Program-made: the position numbers and the translations under genes
Virus record (IMG/VR): IMGVR_UViG_3300044974_000806
Reading direction: 5' to 3' (one strand)
Origin: a virus
Length of the DNA stretch: 64,000 bases
Notes under the pieces: model-generated
Told to the model about the DNA's origin: nothing
The model's input: the letters and a program-made list of their open reading frames with translations, nothing else
Database searches by the model: none
Shown here: one piece after another, positions 39,097 through 47,171 of the stretch
Position numbering within the stretch: position 1 is the stretch's first letter
How the letters are laid out: every line of letters begins with the position of its first letter

Positions 39097-40027
39097 TTGG
39101 ACAAAACCATACGAAGAAAGAAAACGTTTGAGGGGGCACGCCTTCAAAATACACAGAGAACAGTTATCTGAGGAATATACAACAACAGATGAAGAGTTGT
39201 TATTCACAATATTATCTGTTGGATACTGGAAAAAATTTAACGGTCCTACCAAACTTTATACGGATAAAAAAGGTTTGGCTTACTACGCCAAGAATAACAT
39301 GTTGGACTTATGGGATGAAATTGATACTCATACCCTGGAGAACTATAAAGACATTGACCCAGCTCAGTTTTGGACATCAGGTAAATCGTATTGTATAGGA
39401 AAAGAACAAGTGCCATTTTGTTTTATGGATTTAGATTTTATGGTTATGGAGAAATTACCTCAATGGGTTTTTGAGTCTGAAGTAACCATACCATACTGGG
39501 AAATACCAAGAGGATATTATTACCCTAATGAGGACCAATACAAAGAAATAAAACATTGGCAACCCCCATCTGACTATTCATATAAGATGATGATTCCAAA
39601 CACATCTTTTTTATACATTGGGAGTGACAAAGTCCAATCCGAATACCTCAAAGACCATCTCGAGGCGGTTGACACCAAAAATGAAATACCTGAATGGTTT
39701 TGGTTAGTTACTGACCAAGGTTTATTTGGACAAGTTCTTAGGAGGTTCAATGTCAAAACTAATACTCTTACCGATAAAGTATTTTTGTCTGACCACGAAG
39801 GTTATGAAGGTAAAGTCGGTGAAGCAACTGGATTTTACTATTTGACCAACGCGGATTATTCCAAAGACAACCTTAAATGGTGGCACGTATGGACAAGGAA
39901 AGTTTTATACAATCAAGACGAAAATGTTAGAGTTTCTGACTGCAAAGAGTTCTACCAACGAATTATGGATGAACTACCTAAGTACAAACACATACTAAAT
40001 AACCCTCGTTTGGTGAGGTATAGATAA
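39077..40027 (+). CDS. Hypothetical protein, paralog B of 38179..39096.
   Basis: FWTSGK and FMDLDFMV align with FWAAGK and TMDLDFWV of the upstream gene. This looks like a tandem duplication. Confidence 0.45.
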   Translation: MKGVFVNWTKPYEERKRLRGHAFKIHREQLSEEYTTTDEELLFTILSVGYWKKFNGPTKLYTDKKGLAYYAKNNMLDLWDEIDTHTLENYKDIDPAQFWTSGKSYCIGKEQVPFCFMDLDFMVMEKLPQWVFESEVTIPYWEIPRGYYYPNEDQYKEIKHWQPPSDYSYKMMIPNTSFLYIGSDKVQSEYLKDHLEAVDTKNEIPEWFWLVTDQGLFGQVLRRFNVKTNTLTDKVFLSDHEGYEGKVGEATGFYYLTNADYSKDNLKWWHVWTRKVLYNQDENVRVSDCKEFYQRIMDELPKYKHILNNPRLVRYR

Positions 40028-40052
40028 ATTTGGTCAGGTCAAAAAAAGGGCG

Positions 40053-40060
40053 TATCTTTG
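40053..40060 (+). promoter_or_regulatory. Bacteroidetes-type -7 promoter element TATCTTTG.
   Basis: It lies 23 nt upstream of the SPFH gene start. Confidence 0.45.
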
Positions 40061-40082
40061 TGGTGTACCAAACCTAAAATAT

Positions 40083-40622
40083 ATGTTTGATAAGTTAATT
40101 GACCTTATTGTTACGTTCATTAATGACATCCTTCCGTGGAAAATTGTTGACCAATGGGAAGAAGGTGTTCACCTCAGTACAGGTAAATTCAAAAGGGTTG
40201 TAAAACCTGGATTGAATTTCAAAGTACCGTTTTTTGACCAAATTATTACTACACCTGTTATTACCCAAACGGTAAACTTGAAACCACAAACAGTTACATC
40301 TTTTGACGATAAATCAATTGTGTTAACCAGTATTGTTAGGTATCATATTCATGACGTTGAAAAGTTTTTGTTAGGTGTAATGCATGCGAATGACGCACTC
40401 GTTGACACAACTCAAGGAGTTATCCGAGACATAGTTGAAAACACTATGTGGGAAGAGTTGGCTGATTTAGGGTCGATAGTGAAACCTGAAGTTAATGAAC
40501 AAGTATCTAAGTGGGGAATTACTGTAGAACAGATTAGTTTTCCTGACCTTGGAGAAATAAAGACATATCGTATTATGTCTGATGGAGGTAAAGACAACGT
40601 ATTACCAATAAATGGGGACTAA
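40083..40622 (+). CDS. SPFH / Band-7 domain protein.
   Basis: VDQWEEGVHLSTGKFKRVVKPGLNFKVPFFDQIITTPVITQTVNL...VRYHIHDVEKF follows the SPFH pattern V.E.E.GV...GK....L.PGLHF.IPF.D.V. Confidence 0.6.
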   Translation: MFDKLIDLIVTFINDILPWKIVDQWEEGVHLSTGKFKRVVKPGLNFKVPFFDQIITTPVITQTVNLKPQTVTSFDDKSIVLTSIVRYHIHDVEKFLLGVMHANDALVDTTQGVIRDIVENTMWEELADLGSIVKPEVNEQVSKWGITVEQISFPDLGEIKTYRIMSDGGKDNVLPINGD

Positions 40623-40632
40623 TAGTCCTCAT

Positions 40633-41790
40633 TTATTTTTTCCAAGAGTTTCTATCATAATCCCCAAGTTCAAATACTTGGGCATAATTGTAATAAACCA
40701 TGTCTGCAATATTTTGATTATATAATGACCTCCAATCAAAATTTGTATAATCAGAAGAATTTTTTTTAATTAAACAATCTTTTTCCAATTCTCCAGACTT
40801 ATAATACTCTGTATGTCTAACATGAGGAATCTTTAAATAATCATCTAACATAGACTCAACCCTAATGATGTAATCTGGTTTTCTAATTGTGTGGTCATAA
40901 CATGGAAAACGTTGAACATCGTGAATTTCTTCATATAAATAAGAGTATAAAAATTGTTCAAATTGTTCAGATGTCCATTGTTCTTTATCTGTAGATGCCT
41001 TGAAATAAGACACTATCATGTTATATGGGTTCCTTAATGTTGTTATAAAAGATAATTTTTCGTGCCCATAACAGAAAATACAATGATGATGATTAGGGTT
41101 TTCCCTTTGATAAGGTTTCAAAAAACCTCCCTCTTGTTTGTAAAGTTCAAATCCCAATTTTGGTAGTATGAATGACGCTGAAGTTGAGGCGGTTTTTGGA
41201 GGTGTCCACGCGAATATTTTTTGAGTTAAATTCGCTAAAACTAAATTTTCTTTTGGGTATTGTATCTTTTCTAAAGACACCCAATTTACTAAAGAATGAC
41301 GAACCCCCTCTGTAATTGGGGTCACCCTATGTAGTATATCTGAAAAAAATATATGTAAATTACCAACTCCCCTTTCAAATTTAATTTCATTTCCGTTTAC
41401 ATCTTTAAATTCTAAATCACCACCTTCGTATTCATTGTTTAATTGTATAACAATTGAACAATACCTATTTTTATTTTTATTATTATCAGAATCAATATGC
41501 CAACCATAATATTCTCCGACGCCATATTGTGTAAGTTGATATCTACTTAATCCTGTTAACGTATTATCTTTTATTTTTATGTTTTGATTTAAAGTATTTT
41601 TTAATCTATTATCGATTGAATCAATAGTGTCTATAAATGCAACAGAAGATTTTCTCAAATTGTTATCTAATTTACCACCATCAATTAACGCTGGTTCCAA
41701 TTTTAACTTTGACAAGTATGTGTCCAATATTTTTTTACATTCATCTTCTGATAAGAAATTTTTTATTGTAATTGGTTTGCGGTCCTCCAT
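40633..41790 (-). CDS. Bifunctional-looking protein with an N-terminal P4H-like 2OG-Fe(II) oxygenase domain fused to a C-terminal sulfotransferase domain.
   Basis: N-terminal half: FLSEDECKKILDTY, HIDSD (HxD), RYCSIVIQLNNEYEGGDLEF and LHRVTPITEGVRHSLVNW (distal His and RxS). C-terminal half: PPKTASTSASF (5-prime PSB-like PKTGTTS motif) and LRNPYNMIVSYF (3-prime PB-like RNPxDRxxS motif). Confidence 0.6.
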   Translation of the reverse strand: MEDRKPITIKNFLSEDECKKILDTYLSKLKLEPALIDGGKLDNNLRKSSVAFIDTIDSIDNRLKNTLNQNIKIKDNTLTGLSRYQLTQYGVGEYYGWHIDSDNNKNKNRYCSIVIQLNNEYEGGDLEFKDVNGNEIKFERGVGNLHIFFSDILHRVTPITEGVRHSLVNWVSLEKIQYPKENLVLANLTQKIFAWTPPKTASTSASFILPKLGFELYKQEGGFLKPYQRENPNHHHCIFCYGHEKLSFITTLRNPYNMIVSYFKASTDKEQWTSEQFEQFLYSYLYEEIHDVQRFPCYDHTIRKPDYIIRVESMLDDYLKIPHVRHTEYYKSGELEKDCLIKKNSSDYTNFDWRSLYNQNIADMVYYNYAQVFELGDYDRNSWKK

Positions 41791-41836
41791 AATAAACTAT
41801 TTTTTAATTTTCCTTTGTGGTTTAAAATAAAAATAC

Positions 41837-41844
41837 TATCTTTG
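41837..41844 (+). promoter_or_regulatory. Bacteroidetes-type -7 promoter element TATCTTTG.
   Basis: It lies 20 nt upstream of the ORF starting at 41864. Confidence 0.45.
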
Positions 41845-41863
41845 TCAAACAAATCAAGAAATT

Positions 41864-42145
41864 ATGAACATGGCATCCCACAACATCAAGATTCAACACG
41901 AAAAATTCGGTGTCCTTTTGAACGAAACATTCGTAAATCCTATCCAATTCAAGCTTTTCTTGAAAATGGTTCAGGGATGTATTGAGTTAAAAAATGACCT
42001 TACATTCTTCAACGGTACTGATTTCTTTGTACACGTACCTTACAAGCATTTGGTTGAATCTATCATCACTACAGGTGTTGATAACTATACACTCGCAGAA
42101 CACTTGATTAACAAATCTAAAATGGAGGCTGAAGTAACAAAATGA
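41864..42145 (+). CDS. Hypothetical small protein.
   Basis: 93 aa protein preceded by a promoter motif. Confidence 0.35.
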   Translation: MNMASHNIKIQHEKFGVLLNETFVNPIQFKLFLKMVQGCIELKNDLTFFNGTDFFVHVPYKHLVESIITTGVDNYTLAEHLINKSKMEAEVTK

Positions 42146-42408
42146 GAAGACTATTAGACAACTTATTAAGAGCCGCTGGTGTGGGGGCAATTCTCTACGG
42201 AGTTTATAAACTTGGTGAGAAAAACGCTTTACGTTCTATGGAACAAGAACAACCACCACTAAAGATTGAGGAAAAACCAAAGACAGAGAGTGAGGTTATT
42301 TCTGATATGATTGAAGAACTTAAACAAAAACCCAACAAAACTCGAAAAGATAAAGACAATATTGAATTGTTGGAAATAAAACTCAAACAAGTAAAAAATC
42401 AAAAATGA
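42142..42408 (+). CDS. Hypothetical small membrane protein.
   Basis: N-terminal hydrophobic segment LLRAAGVGAILYGVY. Confidence 0.3.
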   Translation: MRRLLDNLLRAAGVGAILYGVYKLGEKNALRSMEQEQPPLKIEEKPKTESEVISDMIEELKQKPNKTRKDKDNIELLEIKLKQVKNQK

Positions 42409-42704
42409 TAACTATTGAGCAAATAATAGGATGGTCTAACCCACATCCAATAGGAAACGGAGCAAGAAGAACTCGTATTCTAAGCGACGCAATTGAGTTT
42501 TCAATTGTTGGTGGAGCAAATGGATTATACGGTAATTTTGACGATACTTTTGAAGTTGCAATCTTTGACAACCAAACAGGGGAGTTTATGACAAGATTTT
42601 TTTATCCTGAAGGTAATGATGATGTTATCCCTTACATGGGAGGCAAAGAGTTGGAAGAACTGGTAAACAAATTAATTAAAGATAAAGATTTCCAAGTTAG
42701 ATAA
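42405..42704 (+). CDS. Hypothetical protein.
   Basis: 99 aa. Confidence 0.35.
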   Translation: MITIEQIIGWSNPHPIGNGARRTRILSDAIEFSIVGGANGLYGNFDDTFEVAIFDNQTGEFMTRFFYPEGNDDVIPYMGGKELEELVNKLIKDKDFQVR

Positions 42705-42747
42705 AACTTGGTGGTGGATGGCTTACAAACCAGTACGGCCCCAAATT

Positions 42748-42773
42748 AAGAGGACTTCGGTCCTCTTTTTTTA
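42748..42773. terminator. Bidirectional terminator between convergent genes.
   Basis: AAGAGGAC-ttcg-GTCCTCTT with a TTCG tetraloop, followed by TTTTT. Confidence 0.6.
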
Positions 42774-43286
42774 TACGTTATTTACAATGTCTTTTCGGTC
42801 GTCCCACCAAATACCGAAACCACAATTTTTATAGACTAATTTGTTACAGTCCTCTCTGATGTCGTCAACCATTTCATCGAAGTCTGCCCATTCACCCATA
42901 CCAATTTCGTCTCCTATTTCTTGAATTGTTTTGTAAGTTTCATTACCATCTTCATCTTGATGTAGAATTTGTGTTTCACCCCAACTCCAATCACATAGTA
43001 CTGTTGTTTCATCGTTTTCTAAATCAAGACGTGGGTTGAGTATATGGATATAGGCGTATTGATTTGAGTCATCATAAAGATTACTAATTCTTATACCATC
43101 TGAAGTTGACATTTTGTTGAGTGCTTTTTCTGTGAAGTCATCGGCTTTTTCTTCACCTATTTCGGCAACCATATCAGGAAGAAACTCTTCCAAATTATAA
43201 TCAACCATTTTGGCAATAGATTGTATGTCAGGATTTGGATATCCGACTTTTTGTAATACTTTTAAAAATCTGTTTAAATCGCTCAT
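42771..43286 (-). CDS. Hypothetical acidic protein.
   Basis: 171 aa. Confidence 0.4.
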   Translation of the reverse strand: MSDLNRFLKVLQKVGYPNPDIQSIAKMVDYNLEEFLPDMVAEIGEEKADDFTEKALNKMSTSDGIRISNLYDDSNQYAYIHILNPRLDLENDETTVLCDWSWGETQILHQDEDGNETYKTIQEIGDEIGMGEWADFDEMVDDIREDCNKLVYKNCGFGIWWDDRKDIVNNV

Positions 43287-43287
43287 A

Positions 43288-44139
43288 TTACGTTGTGTAG
43301 TAATCAGGTTCGTAGTTGTTATACCTATTATCTATTTTCATTTTTTCTGTGAAGTTTAACTTAGGCTCATCCGAATAAAACGTACAGTAAACCTCGTTAA
43401 TTTTAACCCAGTCTTGAAACTCGGCGTGACCATCGTCTTCATATGTTAATACTATATATTCGTCTCTTAATCTGTCAAAATCATATTCGGATAATGCGGG
43501 ATATTTGGTGTTTTCGTTTAATGAGAAATCACCATTAATTGCTCTATTCCATGTTACAACAAGATACGCATCATATTTAAGTTGAGTTGTTTCAACATCA
43601 CCATTACCATTACACTCCCAACATTCATTTTTTCCATTGTCACAATTATCACAACTTAAATAACCTTCTCCACCACAATCAGGACATTTATCGTTGCCAG
43701 TACCCTCACAAGCTTCACAATCTTCCCATTCTCCGTCACCCATTTCTCTACCATCTCCATCACATTCAGGACATGTGACCTCACCACTACCATCACACGT
43801 CTCGCATGTAATTTCACCTCTATCACAGTATTCACAATCAAGTTCACCCTCACCATCACATGAATCACATGTTTTTACGTATTCAGTACCTTCAGTTGTG
43901 AATACGTTGGCAAACCCTAATGATGAAATCATAGTGTCACCAACATTAAATTTACCTGTTGTTTTAAATGAATATATGTAAAAGGTTAACTTAACAATAT
44001 TATCAGGACCCAAATACTTGAAGTAATCGGATTGTTTTTGCATTACAGGGATTAATCCGTCATAGACCTCTTGAGGTGTTTCTGATTTAGGAATTAATTC
44101 CGATAATTTTACTGTTAATTTTTTTAATTTTTCGTCCAT
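43288..44139 (-). CDS. Hypothetical protein with eight or more CxxCxGxG zinc-finger repeats (DnaJ CR-domain-like).
   Basis: CDSCDGEGELDCEYCDRGEITCETCDGSGEVTCPECDGDG...CEACEGTGNDKCPDCGGEGYLSCDNCDNGKNECWECNGNG. Confidence 0.5.
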   Translation of the reverse strand: MDEKLKKLTVKLSELIPKSETPQEVYDGLIPVMQKQSDYFKYLGPDNIVKLTFYIYSFKTTGKFNVGDTMISSLGFANVFTTEGTEYVKTCDSCDGEGELDCEYCDRGEITCETCDGSGEVTCPECDGDGREMGDGEWEDCEACEGTGNDKCPDCGGEGYLSCDNCDNGKNECWECNGNGDVETTQLKYDAYLVVTWNRAINGDFSLNENTKYPALSEYDFDRLRDEYIVLTYEDDGHAEFQDWVKINEVYCTFYSDEPKLNFTEKMKIDNRYNNYEPDYYTT

Positions 44140-44142
44140 AAA

Positions 44143-44601
44143 CTAATTTTCTTCGTAAAGGAATTTGTAACCTAACACAAATTTATGTTTCTCGTCTACT
44201 CTATAATCGGCGCTGAATAGTAAAGGGTCTAAGGCGTAAACATTGCTATTATTGCCACTAACAATTTTTCCTTCCTGATTTACCACAAACTCCAATAGAT
44301 ATTTTTGAAGCTCATTTGACATTTTCACTACATCACGAACAAATTCTGATAATTCTAAATCTATTGCACCGTGATAATCTAATGTGATATCTAAGTCGTA
44401 CCTACTTAACTTCTCTCTTGACTCGTCTGTATATTCGAACTCCACGTAAATATCTTGAATGTCAAACCACTTGGCAGCATTCATCTTAATTAGATATTTC
44501 AACTTTTCTGTTAAAACTTGTTCGTTAATCATATCAATAAATACATTTATTTTTGTATTTAGGTTTATTATGTTTCTTGTATAAAAAAATTCATATGTCA
44601 A
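44143..44601 (-). CDS. Hypothetical protein.
   Basis: 152 aa. Confidence 0.4.
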   Translation of the reverse strand: MTYEFFYTRNIINLNTKINVFIDMINEQVLTEKLKYLIKMNAAKWFDIQDIYVEFEYTDESREKLSRYDLDITLDYHGAIDLELSEFVRDVVKMSNELQKYLLEFVVNQEGKIVSGNNSNVYALDPLLFSADYRVDEKHKFVLGYKFLYEEN

Positions 44602-45014
44602 TACAAATCACAGTAACCGAAGAAGAAATCCTATCAACGCCAAATTACTACGATATGGGTAAGAAAGTTCACGATAAATTCTGGCAAGCTAGAAGGGACC
44701 AAGAAGGACCTCAATTAGGAGATGAACACTTTCATATGTCCATTGATGAAAACGGTCTTGTAACGTCTATAAATCGTCCGTGGACCTGTTCTATCTGTGG
44801 TGAGTCTACCGAAGAAATAGAATATGACTACTTAGTTGGATATGACCATTTAGGTTGTGTTCTAAAAACTGAAGATTCAGGAGACCAATACGATAAATGT
44901 GTTATATGTGGTAAAGAAACTCCTTACCTAAAAAGTACTAACATAGACTACAGAATAGGATATGTTGAAGGTGGGGGACAAGGTTGTTATCAACCAAATA
45001 TTTGTAGTAAATAA
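44595..45014 (+). CDS. Hypothetical Cys-containing protein. The start has been trimmed to MSIQITV.
   Basis: Two CxxC pairs (CSICGES and CVICGKE) suggest zinc binding. Confidence 0.4.
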   Translation: MSIQITVTEEEILSTPNYYDMGKKVHDKFWQARRDQEGPQLGDEHFHMSIDENGLVTSINRPWTCSICGESTEEIEYDYLVGYDHLGCVLKTEDSGDQYDKCVICGKETPYLKSTNIDYRIGYVEGGGQGCYQPNICSK

Positions 45015-45586
45015 TGGGAGAATTATTAGGTTATAATATATCTGAAAAATATAAATGCGAGTGGGTTGCGCCTGAAAGAACTGGTAGTCGTAAAGTTGCT
45101 GAAATACTCACTTTTTTTGGATTCACAAATAATAACAAACCAGTTTATTATTACAATAATCATTTTCATTCACATTATGGTCCAAGCGAAAAATACAAGG
45201 ATTACACTTTGATTTGTAATGCTAGAAATCCATACGCTAGAACGTATTCAATTTTTAAAAATCTATATCCACAATCTCTTGATAAATCTAAAGAGGCTTT
45301 TAAACAATATTTGTTTGAATATATGAATAAGGACATTACTAAAGACATGATTATTAAACCAATATTTTCAAAAAAACCTGACCATATAATTAGGTTGGAA
45401 CATATAGATGAAGACCTTATGAAGTTACCGTTCATATTAGATGTTCTTACCGAACCTAAATTAAAAATGTTAACTCAACACGGTAAACCTTTGGAAAATT
45501 GGGAACAGTATTATGACCAAGAAATCAAAGAATTTGTATATAGTTTAACAAAACACCATTTTGATGAATGGGGATATGAAAAATAA
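45014..45586 (+). CDS. Sulfotransferase-family protein.
   Basis: WVAPERTGSRKVAEIL (5-prime PSB-like) and LICNARNPYARTYSIF (3-prime PB-like RNPxxRxxS). Confidence 0.55.
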   Translation: MGELLGYNISEKYKCEWVAPERTGSRKVAEILTFFGFTNNNKPVYYYNNHFHSHYGPSEKYKDYTLICNARNPYARTYSIFKNLYPQSLDKSKEAFKQYLFEYMNKDITKDMIIKPIFSKKPDHIIRLEHIDEDLMKLPFILDVLTEPKLKMLTQHGKPLENWEQYYDQEIKEFVYSLTKHHFDEWGYEK

Positions 45587-45608
45587 CTTATAAAATCTAT
45601 TTATTGGT

Positions 45609-46121
45609 ATGAAAACACCAGTTGGACAAACTTATTATCATAACGATTTTATAACAGAAGAAGAAAGAATAATAATTAAAGAATGGGCAATAAGGAATGA
45701 GAAATACCTTATTCCAAATCCAAGTGGACCTTTCAGGGCTAGAGAGTTATTTGAACTTATCCCTGAAAAACTTGACTTGCTTGACAAAATTAAAGAAAGA
45801 ATCATAGAAGTTGAAGGAATTGAGGAAGAAGTGTTTGAACCATTCAGAGGTGATTTTGTTAGTATACAAAGAAATGGTGCAAAAGTTCCAGAGCACATAG
45901 ACCACAATCCTGAAAATAAAACTTTATATTCAAGAAGATATAATGTTTTTATTTCCCTACCAGAAAAAGGAGGATTACCAATCTATGATGGTGAGGTATT
46001 ACATTTATCAGAAAAATGTCTTTTAAAGGTCGATTCAGGACTAATACCACATTCAACTACAATTATTGAAGGAAACACACCGAGAATTATTTTATCGTAT
46101 GGGTTTGCTTTTAAAAAATAA
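45609..46121 (+). CDS. P4H-like / 2OG-Fe(II) oxygenase-like protein.
   Basis: N-terminal FITEEERIIIKEW (compare FLSxEEC), EHIDHN (HxD), RYNVFISLPEKGGLPIY, distal IPHST and RIILSYGF (compare RxS). Confidence 0.5.
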   Translation: MKTPVGQTYYHNDFITEEERIIIKEWAIRNEKYLIPNPSGPFRARELFELIPEKLDLLDKIKERIIEVEGIEEEVFEPFRGDFVSIQRNGAKVPEHIDHNPENKTLYSRRYNVFISLPEKGGLPIYDGEVLHLSEKCLLKVDSGLIPHSTTIIEGNTPRIILSYGFAFKK

Positions 46122-46145
46122 TTTTGGCAGTTAAATTTAAATGTG

Positions 46146-46153
46146 TATCTTTG
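46146..46153 (+). promoter_or_regulatory. Bacteroidetes-type -7 promoter element TATCTTTG.
   Basis: It is part of TATCTTTGTATTCACAAAAACA, which is duplicated at 47142. Confidence 0.5.
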
Positions 46154-46176
46154 TATTCACAAAAACAAAGAAACAT

Positions 46177-46635
46177 ATGACAACTACCACCACCCCTTCA
46201 GTAATCAAAGTAACAACAGGTACATTAGCAGGAGACGTATTCTACGGTTCATTCGACACCACAGTAAAAAACAAGAGAGTCTCTGTAATGGTCTCAAACC
46301 ACATTAAATACGAGAATAAAGAGTACGAGTTCCGTATCGCAAACAAATGTCAAGCGGGATTCATCAACATCCACGACAGTAAAGGTACTGCATCTGAAAT
46401 CATCAGAGGATACTCAAAGAACTCCTTGGTTAACATCCAAATGAAAAACGAGTTTGGTCATTGGATGAACGTTTACACAACTAAGGGTGGTAAGTGGTAC
46501 TCAATCGACAAAGGTTTCTTGGATGTGATGACCGTAGGAACTATGAGACAATCATTCCCTGACATGTGTGACATGAGTATTTGGAATCAATTTGGGGCTA
46601 AAACTTGGGCGGATAAAGCCTTCACTCAGAACTAA
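46177..46635 (+). CDS. Hypothetical protein with an MTTTTTPS N-terminus. The start has been trimmed.
   Basis: The tracked ORF begins inside the promoter. The ATG at 46177 lies 24 nt downstream of the -7 element. Codon usage here is comparatively GC-richer, which suggests high expression. Confidence 0.5.
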   Translation: MTTTTTPSVIKVTTGTLAGDVFYGSFDTTVKNKRVSVMVSNHIKYENKEYEFRIANKCQAGFINIHDSKGTASEIIRGYSKNSLVNIQMKNEFGHWMNVYTTKGGKWYSIDKGFLDVMTVGTMRQSFPDMCDMSIWNQFGAKTWADKAFTQN

Positions 46636-46660
46636 AAAAAAAGTCAAAAAAAGTTTGAAA

Positions 46661-46684
46661 GATAGGGAGAAATCCCTATCTTTG
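46661..46684 (+). promoter_or_regulatory. Perfect 8 bp palindrome GATAGGGA-gaaa-TCCCTATC overlapping a -7 promoter element TATCTTTG.
   Basis: GATAGGGAGAAATCCCTATCTTTG. It could be an operator or terminator that overlaps the promoter of the 46702 gene. Confidence 0.4.
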
Positions 46685-46701
46685 TAAATTAAAACTAACA
46701 T

Positions 46702-47103
46702 ATGAACTGGCATGATGATTTTATTGATTTAGTATTGTTGGCACCTAAACAAAACCCTTTTTGGAATAATAAGATTGAGAAAGCTATCCGAGATATTCAC
46801 TCTCATGTAGAATTCCCTCTTACAGATAAACTGAAAGAACAAATACGTAACATAGGGGAACCTTCACCTGAAAAGATGTCCGTGAAATCCAAACAGTATT
46901 TAAATCGAAAATTGAAAGAGTTCGGGGTAAATGACCAAATACAGATTGAACACATGATTTCCGTTAAGACTATAATAAAAAAAATTTGGTTGTTAAAAAA
47001 GGAGAATACAAAGCCGACACCTGAAATGATTAGGACCCTTATGAATCAAAACACGAATTGTATCTACAAATTACGGAAAAAAGAAAAAGAGCTTCACGGA
47101 TAA
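46702..47103 (+). CDS. Hypothetical protein.
   Basis: 133 aa, basic. Confidence 0.4.
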   Translation: MNWHDDFIDLVLLAPKQNPFWNNKIEKAIRDIHSHVEFPLTDKLKEQIRNIGEPSPEKMSVKSKQYLNRKLKEFGVNDQIQIEHMISVKTIIKKIWLLKKENTKPTPEMIRTLMNQNTNCIYKLRKKEKELHG

Positions 47104-47141
47104 TTTTTTTCGAAAAAGTTTTTCGATTTGAAATAAATCAC

Positions 47142-47149
47142 TATCTTTG
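47142..47149 (+). promoter_or_regulatory. Bacteroidetes-type -7 promoter element TATCTTTG (duplicate of the 46146 element).
   Basis: CTATCTTTGTATTCACAAAACAC. Confidence 0.5.
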
Positions 47150-47171
47150 TATTCACAAAACACTACCACAT

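Noticed and set aside
42700-42750. Possible tRNA in TGGTGGTGGATGGCTTACAAACCAGTACGGCCCC.
   Set aside because: No acceptor stem, T-loop (GTTCRA) or anticodon stem could be formed. It is more likely part of the terminator and intergenic region.
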